Shown here: positions 29,576 through 40,060 of the stretch, in pieces
Position numbering within the stretch: position 1 is the stretch's first letter
Layout: each line of letters begins with the position of its first letter
NCBI GenBank assembly: GCA_937127445.1
Contig: CAKZLY010000003.1
Location: forward strand, 5,100 to 69,099
Source: an uncultured Ignavibacteria bacterium
GTDB lineage: Bacteria; Bacteroidota; Ignavibacteria; Kapaibacteriales; UBA2268
Length of the DNA: 64,000 nucleotides
Direction of reading: 5' to 3'
Position numbers and translations under genes: made by a program
Notes under the pieces: generated by a model
Databases searched by the model: none
What the model was told of the DNA's origin: nothing
The model's input: only the letters and a program-made list of their open reading frames with translations

Positions 29576-30964
29576 ATGCTACAAAACAAAGCTAAATTTA
29601 CTTCTGTTGAAATAATGGCAATTTTTGGCGAAGAGAATGTTTTAAACATGGGACAGAATGAGTTTATTGGAGTATCGATTGATACACGCTCAACTACTGA
29701 GGGAGAAATCTTTGTCCCACTGATTGGTGAAAAAATAGACGCTCACGAACTTATATCTGACGCTTTTTCAAAAGGGGCATCGCTTGTATTAGTATCGAAA
29801 AATTGGTACGAAAAAAATTCAGACAAAGTGGCAGGAAAACCATTGGTTTTGGTCGAAGACACACTAAGCGCTCTTGGAGAGCTCGCTTCGTTTCATAGAA
29901 ATAGATTTAACATTCCAGTTATTGCAGTTGCAGGCTCAAATGGTAAGACTACAACCAAAGATATGATTTCGGCGGTTCTTTCGAGAAAATTCAAAGTTTT
30001 GAAAACTTATCAGAATTTTAACAACCGAATTGGTGTTCCACTGATGATTTTTAATCTTGATGAAACTATTGAGTGCGCTATAATTGAAATTGGGACAAAC
30101 GAACCTGGTGAAATCTATATCCTTTCGGAAATACTTTCACCGACTGATGGTATTATTACAAACATTGGACAGGAACATTTAGAGAAGCTAATGGACCTTG
30201 ATGGAGTGGAGATGGAGGAAACAAGCTTATTTGGATATTTACAACGTTTTGGAGGGATGTGTTTTATCAACTGCGACGATGAGCGATTATCTAAATACAG
30301 AAAAATTATTGATCGAAAGTTTACATATTCTACCATTTATGACGATGTGAATTTAAAAGTTGAAATAGAGATTAATCCAAATATTAATCCAGTACTGAAA
30401 TACACCGTAGATGATCAACCATATGAGATTAAACTAAATGCATATGGAATTGCTTCAGGCTATAATGCTGTTGCAGCTGTTGCTCTTGGGAAATATTTTG
30501 GGATAGAAGATACCGAAATTAAAATTGCACTCGAAAATTATGAACAGGAAAAATACAGTGGCTATGCTCGAATGATGCTACAAGAAATTAAAGGCTACAC
30601 AATTTTGAATGATTGCTATAATGCTAATCCATCATCGATGAAAATGTCCATCGCGACATTGGAGAAATACAACGGAAAGTCCAAGAGAGCAGTTATACTC
30701 GGTGATATGCGCGAACTCGGCGAGAAGTCGCTTGAATTGCATATAGAAGTGCTAAAATATGCTTCTCAGGTCTGCGATAGAGTTTTTACAATAGGCGATT
30801 TTATGCAGCAAGCAAGCACATTGCTTAAAGCACGCAACGTTGAGCATTATTCTGATTTGGTTGAAATTGCCAATAAAATAAAAGAATTGAAAAATGATTA
30901 TGCGTTTCTTCTTAAAGGATCTCGCGGAATGAAAATGGAAAGAATAATTGATTTGCTAAATTAA
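29576..30964 (+). CDS. murF: UDP-N-acetylmuramoyl-tripeptide--D-alanyl-D-alanine ligase
   Basis: 462 aa. It carries the Mur ligase P-loop GSNGKTTTKDM, then NDCYNANPSSM, then the C-terminal LKGSRGMKME. Confidence 0.85.
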   Translation: MLQNKAKFTSVEIMAIFGEENVLNMGQNEFIGVSIDTRSTTEGEIFVPLIGEKIDAHELISDAFSKGASLVLVSKNWYEKNSDKVAGKPLVLVEDTLSALGELASFHRNRFNIPVIAVAGSNGKTTTKDMISAVLSRKFKVLKTYQNFNNRIGVPLMIFNLDETIECAIIEIGTNEPGEIYILSEILSPTDGIITNIGQEHLEKLMDLDGVEMEETSLFGYLQRFGGMCFINCDDERLSKYRKIIDRKFTYSTIYDDVNLKVEIEINPNINPVLKYTVDDQPYEIKLNAYGIASGYNAVAAVALGKYFGIEDTEIKIALENYEQEKYSGYARMMLQEIKGYTILNDCYNANPSSMKMSIATLEKYNGKSKRAVILGDMRELGEKSLELHIEVLKYASQVCDRVFTIGDFMQQASTLLKARNVEHYSDLVEIANKIKELKNDYAFLLKGSRGMKMERIIDLLN

Positions 30965-31090
30965 ATACACTTGAATTATTAATAAAGTATAAAAGAAATT
31001 GCCAAGTCATTTTTCTTAATAGCTTAATAGTATGAATTTATTATATTTGTAAATTATATTTAATTAGTTTAATAAATTTTGAGTGATAAT

Positions 31091-31843
31091 ATGGCTGGTC
31101 ATAGTAAATGGGCTAATATAAAACATCGTAAAAGTAGGCAAGATGCAAAACGTGGGAAGATGTTTACTCGTCTTGCAAAGGAAATAACAATTGCTGCTCG
31201 TGAAGGTGGTGGCGACCCAGAAAGCAACCCACGTTTGAGGCTTGCTATAGCAAATGCGCGAGCTGTGAATATGCCTTCCGACAATATTCAGAGAGCAATA
31301 AAGAAAGGAACAGGTGAGCTCGAAGGCGAAAATTATATGGAAATAATGTTCGAAGGATATGCACCGGGCGGGGTTGCAGTAATTGTCGAAACAGTTACAG
31401 ATAATAAAAATAGGACATTGCCGCTAGTGCGTTCCACAATGAGCAAGCTTGGCGGAAGTCTTGCAGAAACCAATGCTGTTGCGTGGAATTTTGAACGGAA
31501 AGGTGTGATTTCTATCAACACAAATGGCAAAAGTGAAGACGAACTCTTGGAAGTAGTGCTCGAAGCTGGTGCGGACGACCTTGAGTACGATGAAGAAGTA
31601 TCAAGAGTAATTTGTGCGATGGAAAATTTTTCAAGCGTAAACAAATATTTTGAAAATAACGGCTTCCAGGTGCAAGAATCAAAGCTCGAATACATTCCGA
31701 AGCAAGTGATAACAATCAAAGATGTTGCCGAAGCTCAGAAAGTAATGAAATTTATCGAAGGCATAGAGGATCTGGACGACGTTCAGAATGTATTCTCTAA
31801 TTTTGAAATAGACGATTCGATTGCAGATAAAATAGAAGAATAA
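31091..31843 (+). CDS. yebC: YebC/PmpR family DNA-binding transcriptional regulator
   Basis: The start is moved to the ATG at 31091. The sequence MAGHSKWANIKHRK...RLRLAIANARAVNMP is diagnostic. Confidence 0.9.
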   Translation: MAGHSKWANIKHRKSRQDAKRGKMFTRLAKEITIAAREGGGDPESNPRLRLAIANARAVNMPSDNIQRAIKKGTGELEGENYMEIMFEGYAPGGVAVIVETVTDNKNRTLPLVRSTMSKLGGSLAETNAVAWNFERKGVISINTNGKSEDELLEVVLEAGADDLEYDEEVSRVICAMENFSSVNKYFENNGFQVQESKLEYIPKQVITIKDVAEAQKVMKFIEGIEDLDDVQNVFSNFEIDDSIADKIEE

Positions 31844-32385
31844 TGATTATATTAGGTGTCGACCCTGGCTCGGTGCTATGTGGTTATGGAGTAGTCGAGC
31901 ATACTGGACGAAACATTTCGTTGGTCGAATATGGAGTTATAGAAGCAAAACGTCGTCACACAGACTTCAATCAACGGCTGAAAGAAATTTTTTCAAGGCT
32001 TAATTCAGTAATTGAGAGAACAAATCCAGATGCTGCAGCTCTCGAAGCATTGTTTTATTCGAAGAATGCACAAAGTTTAATCAAACTTTCGCACGCAAGA
32101 GCAGCAGCAATTTTAGCCGTTACCAACAACAACATACCAATAATCGAATATTCTGCCCGAGAAGTAAAAAAGTCTGTTGCCGGACGAGGCTCAGCAAGCA
32201 AAGAGCAAGTGCAATATATGGTGCGAAATTTACTTAGTATTGAAGAGACACCTCAATTTTTTGATGCAACAGATGCTCTTGCTATTGCAATTTGTCACAT
32301 ATTACGGAAAAATCATAACTCGAAGAAAAGCGTAAGCTGGGCTGATTACCTGAAAGAACATCCTGAATTAATCATATCAACATAG
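31843..32385 (+). CDS. ruvC: crossover junction endodeoxyribonuclease RuvC
   Basis: 180 aa (MIILGVDPGS...GYGVV, ...ATDALAIAICH). Its start overlaps the yebC stop (TAATG). Confidence 0.9.
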   Translation: MIILGVDPGSVLCGYGVVEHTGRNISLVEYGVIEAKRRHTDFNQRLKEIFSRLNSVIERTNPDAAALEALFYSKNAQSLIKLSHARAAAILAVTNNNIPIIEYSAREVKKSVAGRGSASKEQVQYMVRNLLSIEETPQFFDATDALAIAICHILRKNHNSKKSVSWADYLKEHPELIIST

Positions 32386-32386
32386 A

Positions 32387-33451
32387 ATGAGTAGCAATTT
32401 ACAAAACGGAAAAGTTTTTTATTTTTTGCTCGCTTTCTTTGCGTTTGCGATATTTTTTTTCAATCAAAACCATCTTAATCAAGACACTATTTACTTCAAA
32501 CATATACTTCCAATTGCTGAAAATTTGTTGAAAGGCGAAGGGTACACAAACGTAGCAGGAAAAACGGCGTTTTATCCTATATGGGGCTATGTTTTTTTGC
32601 AAATACCTGGCATAATAATGGGTTCCCCTCAGTTTTGGACTTTATTTATACAGTTTTGTGCTTCAATATTAGGTGTGGTGTTATTTTACAAATTATTTGA
32701 AATAAAAGAGAAGTATTGGCATATACTGTTTTTTTTACCATATTTTGCATTGTGTTCGATAAAAACTGCTGATGGACTTGTTTCGATACTGCTAATTGCA
32801 TATTCATATTTTTTTGTGGCTTACTTTAGTACAAAAGAAATCAGAAATTTACATTATTTATGGTTCGTTCTTGCAGTTTTAGTAAATTTACGTTCAGAGT
32901 ATATTTATTTACCACTGTTTCAAACATTATTTTTCTTTATCTACTTTAAAAATAGACTGAAATATTTTAAAATAAACGCAATTTTACTAACAATTGCATT
33001 TGTTGCTATGTTGCCCTGGGCAATACGAAGTTATGCAATAAATCAAGAAGTGCGATTTAATTCGAGCAACGGCGGTGCAGTAATGTATATTTCGCTTGGA
33101 CAACTTCCGCAAAATAAATGGGGAATTACTCCAACTGACAGCACTGCATACGCAATTGCAGCAGCAAATGGAATAGACGACCCATTCACACCAGAAGCGG
33201 ACAAACTTTTCCAGCAACTGACAAAAGAGGCAATCTCTGGAAATTCATTTGAGTTTATTAAGAAAATGGCCTATAATGCTATAAAAGTTTTTGCGAATGG
33301 TGTTTATACAGGAGAGTATGCTAATTATTTTCTGGGGAAGGGCTTACGTTCTCAAATTGACAGCAGACTAAATTTATACCAGAACAAAATCGAACAACTG
33401 AAATATTTAAGCAATTTACCGTCGAATCAGGTCTGTTCCGCTAATTGTTGA
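32387..33451 (+). CDS. polytopic membrane protein, possibly a GT-C-type (PMT/ArnT-like) glycosyltransferase; possibly truncated
   Basis: 354 aa with about 8 TM segments and a soluble C-terminal stretch. The family call rests only on topology and general resemblance. Confidence 0.45.
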   Translation: MSSNLQNGKVFYFLLAFFAFAIFFFNQNHLNQDTIYFKHILPIAENLLKGEGYTNVAGKTAFYPIWGYVFLQIPGIIMGSPQFWTLFIQFCASILGVVLFYKLFEIKEKYWHILFFLPYFALCSIKTADGLVSILLIAYSYFFVAYFSTKEIRNLHYLWFVLAVLVNLRSEYIYLPLFQTLFFFIYFKNRLKYFKINAILLTIAFVAMLPWAIRSYAINQEVRFNSSNGGAVMYISLGQLPQNKWGITPTDSTAYAIAAANGIDDPFTPEADKLFQQLTKEAISGNSFEFIKKMAYNAIKVFANGVYTGEYANYFLGKGLRSQIDSRLNLYQNKIEQLKYLSNLPSNQVCSANC

Positions 33452-33464
33452 AAAATTTATTCAA

Positions 33465-33704
33465 ATGGTTTTTGTGCTTATTTTTTTCGTGTTAATGCTT
33501 TATCTGGTATATACTTTTGCATTGCGAAAACCAATAAATAATGAGAGAATTATAATAGTTGGAATGATAATTATTTTTAAAGTTTTGCTAATATCATTAA
33601 TTCAGTATGAGTATAGGCATTCGGCAGGTTTCTATTTGCTGTTGTTTGGTGTATTTGTGTATATTTCGAACAATCAAGAAAAATTAAAAAGTGTTGATAA
33701 ATGA
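33465..33704 (+). CDS. small 2-TM membrane protein; may be the detached C-terminus of the preceding gene
   Basis: 79 aa, starting 13 nt after the preceding stop in a different frame. Its frame is already open from 33411. Confidence 0.35.
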   Translation: MVFVLIFFVLMLYLVYTFALRKPINNERIIIVGMIIIFKVLLISLIQYEYRHSAGFYLLLFGVFVYISNNQEKLKSVDK

Positions 33705-33817
33705 TGTTGGATATTATTTAACTAAATTATTTTGATTTCACGAAATAGGCTAATTTTATCAAAATAAATTTATTTTCATTCGTTAAATTCGTTAAAGTTG
33801 TATCAGTAAAAATATAA

Positions 33818-34561
33818 ATGATTGAGAATGTAATGAAAAGTGATGTAATTTACATTGATAGTGAAAATTTGAACAGGATGGTTGAAATTCCAGTTTACGG
33901 TCATTTTGGTTCATCGCTTTTATTGTTGTTTTCAACCGAGGAAGACAACCCGTATGAAAACGAAGAAAACGGCTTAATCCCGCATTTATCCCAGTATATA
34001 AAAGCAGGCAAGGTGCGTATTTATTCGCTTCCAATTCCAAAAATATGGAACGAAATTGCTCTTTCGAATGAAGAGCGGTCAAAAATATTATTTGATTTTA
34101 ATAATTTCATTGTAGAAGAATTGCTTGCAAAAATATACAATCATTGTGGTCAGATAGTTCCGATATTAACTGCGGGAGCATCGAAGGGTGCGTTTTATGC
34201 GTTGAACACATATTTTCGGCGTCCAGATTTGTTTTTGGGGACAGTTGCAATGAGCGGGAAATACGATATTTACTGTCATACAAAAGGATATTTCGACGAC
34301 AACTGTTATTTTAATTCGCCTATTCATTATCTGCCAAATTTGAATGATAACTACTGGCTTACATTCTTGCGTAGTCGCCATCACGTGTATTTAATGAGCG
34401 GAAAAGGCTACGGCGAAGACCCATCGGCGAGTTATCATCTATCCAGCATACTAACCCACAAGCAAATACCCCATACATTAGATATATGGGGTGAAGAATG
34501 GGGACATAATATTGATACCTGGAAAGCAATGTTAGCCAAAATTATTCATAGCAAGTTCTAA
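33818..34561 (+). CDS. alpha/beta-hydrolase esterase family protein
   Basis: 247 aa with a nucleophile elbow GASKG and esterase-D/putative-esterase-like organisation. Confidence 0.6.
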   Translation: MIENVMKSDVIYIDSENLNRMVEIPVYGHFGSSLLLLFSTEEDNPYENEENGLIPHLSQYIKAGKVRIYSLPIPKIWNEIALSNEERSKILFDFNNFIVEELLAKIYNHCGQIVPILTAGASKGAFYALNTYFRRPDLFLGTVAMSGKYDIYCHTKGYFDDNCYFNSPIHYLPNLNDNYWLTFLRSRHHVYLMSGKGYGEDPSASYHLSSILTHKQIPHTLDIWGEEWGHNIDTWKAMLAKIIHSKF

Positions 34562-34950
34562 CTTTTTGGTTTATGTTTTGCGAAAATTTGTTTTAGAGTT
34601 TTATTTTCATTTTTCATAGCAAGTTGGTAAATAGTTTCGCCTGATGATGTTTCTGCCGTTGCATCAGCTCCATAATTAAATAATAGTTCGGCCATTTCGC
34701 AATTTTCCAAGACCAAAGTTATTTCAAGAGGATATTTTCCTTCTGAATTTTTTGTATTGACTAATTTACGGTTATTCTCCAAAATGGATTTTACTTTGCC
34801 TTGGTCGTTTTCTAATACAGCATTTGTGAGTTCATCAGTTGGATTAATGTTTTCTTTAATTTTCGAATTGTGTTCAAAAGCAGCAGGTTTAGCATAGACA
34901 AAAGAAAGCGATAAAAGAGCTAAAAAAAGCGATAAAACAATAATTCTCAT
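34558..34950 (-). CDS. secreted ankyrin-repeat protein
   Basis: 130 aa with a signal peptide (MRIIVLSLFLALLSLSFVYA). ANK-like repeats follow (NSEGKYPLEITLVLENCEMAELLFNYGAD...SSGETIYQLAM). Confidence 0.6.
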   Translation of the reverse strand: MRIIVLSLFLALLSLSFVYAKPAAFEHNSKIKENINPTDELTNAVLENDQGKVKSILENNRKLVNTKNSEGKYPLEITLVLENCEMAELLFNYGADATAETSSGETIYQLAMKNENKTLKQIFAKHKPKS

Positions 34951-35133
34951 TTATTTCTCCAAAATAGTTTAATAATCCTAATATTTAATTATACGAATAT
35001 TATATGAAATTATACGAAATAAGCAAGTATTGAGTTTCAGGAGAAAGCAATGAATAGTCAAAAAAAAATTGTAATAAACAAAAGTTTTCAAGCAAATATA
35101 TATATATAAATAGATTTACAAAAGTGAGGGTGA

Positions 35134-37845
35134 TTATCTAAATAATGGGTAGCTTTTCTTTTCAATTTTCAAATCTTGCAAAGTAGAGGACTTGATGCCG
35201 AAACGCAAGTAGAAACCTCTATTGAAGCCAATTGGGTTCCAATTGAGAATTAATTCCCAGCAATGAAGATCCTTTTTGAGATTAATCTGAGGTGTTAGAA
35301 ATTCTTTGCGAATGAAGTCGTAACGGACATTTGCAGAAATGTTCCAGGTTTCTGTAAGACGTAAATTGAGCGTCAGATAAGTATTCAGACTTCTGTCAAT
35401 TTTATCAACTGTATATTGATTATAAGCAAAATTCAATCCATAACTAATAAGCCAAGGAAAAGCGATTGCGTTAGCACCTGGAGTATTATCTCCATACCAA
35501 TCAAAAGATGCGTCAGCATCAGAATGGCGGGCTAAAAACCGAGCTCCAAGCATAGCTTCAAGAGTATCGCTTTCTTTTTCTGGTTGAGTTTCTTCTGAAA
35601 ATCCAGATTGTGAAGTATTGGACAATCCTTCTGAGGCAAAACTACCAGATAAATTTACGGAAAACGAAGTCAATCGGGCTAGACCTTTCCCTTGCTCAAT
35701 TAAGAATTTGTTGATTTTTCTATAACTTGAATAATTGCCCTGAGTGAATTTAGCTTCGTCGTATGGTGTGAAACTTGCATTGCCGGAAAATTCAAAAGCA
35801 CCTAAGGCAGGAGTGCGGAAAGTCAAATTAATATCTGATAAATTAAGCGAATCTGCTGCAAAATTGTAGTTTGTAGAAAAGTTTAAACGTAAAAGCTCGA
35901 TATTTTTGTCAGGAATGGTATCACCCTGCTTGACTTTAATTTCGAAACTATGTAGATCGGAATATGAAAGGCGTTGGGACATTTGTGAAGGGGCTGCACC
36001 GCCATCGCTTTCGTAATGCGAATACTTTATGGTTCTATTTTGGCGTGGATCAAAATAGCTTCCATAAAAACCAAATTTATCTTTGGAAAAATCTGGTGTG
36101 AAATTATATCCGATAGTTGGCTGGTAGGTGTGGCGGAATGCTTTAAATCCAAGACTTTCGGGATTAATGAATCCAAAGAAAGGTCTTCGTGCATCTGCAA
36201 CACCGAAAAGACGAGTCGAGGCTGAGACACCGAAACTATAATAATATTCCGTGAAAAAGCCTCGTTTGTATTTATCGATTGTTGTAGAATCTTGAAGATT
36301 TATTTGACGTTCAAGTTGGCGAAAATAATTATTTACGGAAAGTGAAACTGATGGTGTTAGCGTAAAATAGCCGAATTTAGGAGAAATCGAAACGCCGGGC
36401 GAGTGGCTGATTTTATTTTTTTCAGTGTATTTAAAAGAGTTGCCGTCTGCTGTTTTGGTGAGGCTATTTGTGTAATTGCTACGATAACTAAAAGAAATAT
36501 CACGAACGAAGGAATACCATGTACGGGTTGATGGTGAAATTACGTTTTTGAGTGGTGTAAAATTTGGGATAGAGTAATTTATTGGAATAACCTGGCTGTA
36601 GTTCTGAGTAATCAAATTTTGGTCGCGTTGGAAAGAAACGGAGAAATTTGAGCCATCGTCAAAACTTTTGGAATATGAAGCGTTTGAGGTAATATTTTGC
36701 TGAATTCTTGATTGATAGTCGGTTTGGGTGTTTCTATTGAAGTCGCGTGAAGCGAAATTAATGCCAATATCCACTCTTTCGTAAGGATTGAAAATATGAT
36801 TATGGTTGAGCTGAAGACTCCAATTACGCTGATATTGGTCGTCGGGATTATAACGGGTTCTTCCAAATTGAAGAGTGACACCGCCACTATGAACATCTCT
36901 TAAAGCCCAGCGGGTTGTATTTTTTAATAGGAAACCACCTTTCGAAAACAAGTCGGTTTTAAATTGAGTGTCCCAATAATCAGATGCTGCCCAGTAAAAC
37001 CCTAAATCTTGAAAAACAACACCACGATTTTTGGAGAAATAGAATGATGGAATAATTATTCCCGACTGCCGCCCAGTTTTGTTCGGGAAGAATAATCCGA
37101 ATGGGAAAATAAAAATAGGCATATCCTCAACGTAGAAAATAACAGGGTCAATGTAAATTTTTTCCTTCACAGCTAATTTCATTTTGGGGGAACCAAAGTA
37201 ATAGTGTGGGCAGGCATCGTTACAAGTTGTATAATAGCCATCGCGAACGAAGAGTTCGTTTTCAGAAATACGTTTGATTTCTGCACCGTAGTAGAAGCCT
37301 TCGCCTGCTTGCGTTTCGCCGGCAATTATTTTACCGCGTTTAGTTTTGAAATTGTATGTGATTTCTTCACCGAAAAAAATTTCACCTGCATCAGAAAAAC
37401 GTGGGAAACCATAACGTTTGTTGTTAGAATCCGCCCTCCATTTAGCACGTAAAATTGAGTTTTCAAAATCAATTTCTATGACTTCAGCATTTAGCTGTTG
37501 CACTTTGAAATCAATTTTGGACTTGCCGACAAGCCGCATAGTTTTCGAGCTCAGTCGGAATATAGCAGTATCTTGTGCAAAAAAAGTAACGAGCGAATCA
37601 ATTCCCGATGGTGATTTTGCTTTTTCATTTATTGGCTTTTGGGTAAAAGCCTGACGCAGTGAATCGAGAACTTTGGTTTTTTCTTCTTGGTTTGTAATTT
37701 CTTTAGCAGGAAGCATTTTTTTTAAATCTTCGGTTTCTTGAAGAGTTCGGCGAGTGGCATCCTGCGAGTAGATATTATGGGGAAAAAGCATAAATATACA
37801 CACGTACCAAAAGAATTTTTGTATATTTAGGCTCTTTTTTTTCAT
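35134..37845 (-). CDS. lptD: LptD-like LPS-assembly outer-membrane protein (OstA N-terminal domain plus large beta-barrel)
   Basis: 903 aa with a signal peptide and an OstA-like N-terminal region (FFAQDTAIFRLSSKTMRLVGKSKIDF...). A very long beta-rich, aromatic-rich region follows. Confidence 0.65.
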   Translation of the reverse strand: MKKKSLNIQKFFWYVCIFMLFPHNIYSQDATRRTLQETEDLKKMLPAKEITNQEEKTKVLDSLRQAFTQKPINEKAKSPSGIDSLVTFFAQDTAIFRLSSKTMRLVGKSKIDFKVQQLNAEVIEIDFENSILRAKWRADSNNKRYGFPRFSDAGEIFFGEEITYNFKTKRGKIIAGETQAGEGFYYGAEIKRISENELFVRDGYYTTCNDACPHYYFGSPKMKLAVKEKIYIDPVIFYVEDMPIFIFPFGLFFPNKTGRQSGIIIPSFYFSKNRGVVFQDLGFYWAASDYWDTQFKTDLFSKGGFLLKNTTRWALRDVHSGGVTLQFGRTRYNPDDQYQRNWSLQLNHNHIFNPYERVDIGINFASRDFNRNTQTDYQSRIQQNITSNASYSKSFDDGSNFSVSFQRDQNLITQNYSQVIPINYSIPNFTPLKNVISPSTRTWYSFVRDISFSYRSNYTNSLTKTADGNSFKYTEKNKISHSPGVSISPKFGYFTLTPSVSLSVNNYFRQLERQINLQDSTTIDKYKRGFFTEYYYSFGVSASTRLFGVADARRPFFGFINPESLGFKAFRHTYQPTIGYNFTPDFSKDKFGFYGSYFDPRQNRTIKYSHYESDGGAAPSQMSQRLSYSDLHSFEIKVKQGDTIPDKNIELLRLNFSTNYNFAADSLNLSDINLTFRTPALGAFEFSGNASFTPYDEAKFTQGNYSSYRKINKFLIEQGKGLARLTSFSVNLSGSFASEGLSNTSQSGFSEETQPEKESDTLEAMLGARFLARHSDADASFDWYGDNTPGANAIAFPWLISYGLNFAYNQYTVDKIDRSLNTYLTLNLRLTETWNISANVRYDFIRKEFLTPQINLKKDLHCWELILNWNPIGFNRGFYLRFGIKSSTLQDLKIEKKSYPLFR

Positions 37846-37887
37846 TTTGGTAAATAGTTTAAAATTTACGTATATATTACGTAAAAT

Positions 37888-39336
37888 CTAATCATCGAGT
37901 TTCTTACGCAAAATTTCAGTAACAAGTTTTGGATTTGCTTTGCCTTTCATTTTTTCCATAACTTGTCCAACGAAGAACCCGAAGACATTTTTTCTACCGC
38001 TTTTATATTTTTCGATAGAATCTTGATTATTGGCAAGGACCTCGTCTATTAGTGTTTCAAGAGCAGAACTGTCGGAAATTTGGACAAGTGAACGTTCTTC
38101 AATAATTTTTGCAGGGGACATGTTGTTTTGAAGCACTTCTGGGAAAATATCTTTGGCGATGCGACTTGAAATTTTATCTTCGGAGAGATAATCAACGATT
38201 TCAGCCACAAACTTAGGATTCAACCCGAGTTCGTTAATATCAATTTTACGTTCGCTGAGAATTCTCATAACTTCTGTCATAAGCCAATTGCTAACGAGTT
38301 TAAAAGTTTTTTGGGACTTAACGGCGAGATAAGAGCAACAGTGTTCGTAATAGTCAGCAAGATTGTGGTCTTCGACAAAAATAGAAGCATCATAATGAGG
38401 AATGCCGTATTGGTCGATTAATCTTTGTTTACGAGCAAGAGGAAGTTCGGGAATAGACGAACGAATGCTATCGAGGCGTTCGTTTGAAACTTTAACTTTA
38501 ACAAGGTCGGGTTCGGGGAAGTAACGATAATCGTGTGCGAATTCCTTGCTACGCATAGGACGTGTAGTTTGAGAAGCAGCATCCCAGAGACGAGTTTCCT
38601 GATGAATATTGCCACCATTACGAATAACTTCAATTTGTCGCTGAATTTCGTATTCAATAGCTTTTTCTACATTTCGGAAGCTATTAAGATTTTTAACTTC
38701 TGTTTTTGTTCCAAATTTCGAATTACCTATGGGACGGACAGAAATATTAGCATCGCAGCGTAAGGCGCCTTCTTCCATATTGCCAGTGCAAATACCTAAA
38801 TAGAGGAGTATCTGCTTAATAGATGTAAGGTATTTATATGCTTCTTGGGCAGAGCGGATATCTGGTTCGCTAACGATTTCAATAAGCGGAACACCCGAGC
38901 GATTCAAGTCGACAAGTGTATCAATATCGAGGTCGTGAATGGATTTACCAGCATCTTCTTCCATATGAATGCGAATTATACCGATACGTTTGCGTTCAGT
39001 TTCGGAAAGTTCGATTTCTATAAATCCATCGTAACAAATTGGGTCTTCGTACTGAGTGATTTGATAACCTTTGGGTAAATCGGGATAGAAGTAATTTTTA
39101 CGTGCAAAAGTAGAGATTTCGCGGATTTTGCAATTTGTAGCAATTCCCATTTTTATGATGAAATTCAGTAAATTTTCATTTAATACTGGAAGCGCGCCGG
39201 GATGCCCCAAACAAACAGGGCAAGTTTGGGTATTAGGTAAAGCACCATATTCTGCTGAGCAAGAGCAAAAAGCTTTGGAGTTTGTAAGAAGCTGAGCGTG
39301 GACTTCAAGCCCAATTACTGGTTCAAATTCAATCAT
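37888..39336 (-). CDS. gatB: Asp-tRNA(Asn)/Glu-tRNA(Gln) amidotransferase subunit B
   Basis: 482 aa (FEPVIGLEVHAQL...RCDANISVRP...EVKNLNSF) with a C-terminal YqeY-like tail. Confidence 0.95.
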   Translation of the reverse strand: MIEFEPVIGLEVHAQLLTNSKAFCSCSAEYGALPNTQTCPVCLGHPGALPVLNENLLNFIIKMGIATNCKIREISTFARKNYFYPDLPKGYQITQYEDPICYDGFIEIELSETERKRIGIIRIHMEEDAGKSIHDLDIDTLVDLNRSGVPLIEIVSEPDIRSAQEAYKYLTSIKQILLYLGICTGNMEEGALRCDANISVRPIGNSKFGTKTEVKNLNSFRNVEKAIEYEIQRQIEVIRNGGNIHQETRLWDAASQTTRPMRSKEFAHDYRYFPEPDLVKVKVSNERLDSIRSSIPELPLARKQRLIDQYGIPHYDASIFVEDHNLADYYEHCCSYLAVKSQKTFKLVSNWLMTEVMRILSERKIDINELGLNPKFVAEIVDYLSEDKISSRIAKDIFPEVLQNNMSPAKIIEERSLVQISDSSALETLIDEVLANNQDSIEKYKSGRKNVFGFFVGQVMEKMKGKANPKLVTEILRKKLDD

Positions 39337-39640
39337 TTCCCGTTACCTTTAGATTTTGTTCATCAATTTTATCTTTGAAGAAAAAGTGATAAAAGAAAAA
39401 ACTCTCGAAAATAGATAGCAATACTAATGATAAAGTATCATGGTTGAAATATGGTGTTTTCCATGCATCAGGATATATTGCATAGGAAAGCGAGCCTGTC
39501 ATAGCCCAACCAATAGAGAAAACTAAAAGAAAGACGCCCAATCCAAGAAAAGCGTCGCGAAGTGTTCTATTCTGCCAGTTTTTTACAAAAATATATACTA
39601 CGGCTATAATATGTAATTGGAAAATAAATATTTCAATCAT
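39329..39640 (-). CDS. hypothetical small membrane protein
   Basis: 103 aa with 3 predicted TM segments. It overlaps the gatB start by 8 nt, which suggests co-translation. Confidence 0.45.
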   Translation of the reverse strand: MIEIFIFQLHIIAVVYIFVKNWQNRTLRDAFLGLGVFLLVFSIGWAMTGSLSYAIYPDAWKTPYFNHDTLSLVLLSIFESFFFYHFFFKDKIDEQNLKVTGND

Positions 39641-39693
39641 TCAAACGTTTCATTACAATGTTTATAAAATGTACATTTATAAGTAGGTAAATT

Positions 39694-40020
39694 ATGAAAT
39701 CTTTTAATGAAATCCGAATAGTTTTTACCACAGCCTCGACCGCTGAAAACGCCGACGAAATAGCACAAGCCTTGTTAAAAGAAGGATTAGCGGCGTGTGT
39801 TTCAGTAATTCCTAACGTAACATCTTACTTTATCTGGAAGGGTTCGTTAGATGTTTCGAGCGAGTTTATTTTGAAAATTAAAACATTTGAAGATAAAATA
39901 AATCTTATTGAAGAAAGAATAAAACAGCTTTCGAATTACGAATTACCTGAAGTATTAGTTCTAAACGACATAGCCTCTTCTGAAGAATATTACAACTGGA
40001 TGAAAAATTTATTGTTTTAA
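39694..40020 (+). CDS. cutA: divalent-cation tolerance protein CutA
   Basis: 108 aa. The stretch LAACVSVIPNVTSYFIWKGSL...LSNYELPEVLVL matches the CutA1 pattern. Confidence 0.8.
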   Translation: MKSFNEIRIVFTTASTAENADEIAQALLKEGLAACVSVIPNVTSYFIWKGSLDVSSEFILKIKTFEDKINLIEERIKQLSNYELPEVLVLNDIASSEEYYNWMKNLLF

Positions 40021-40060
40021 TTAGCAAAAAATCTGATAGTTGTATAATTTAATCGTTAAT

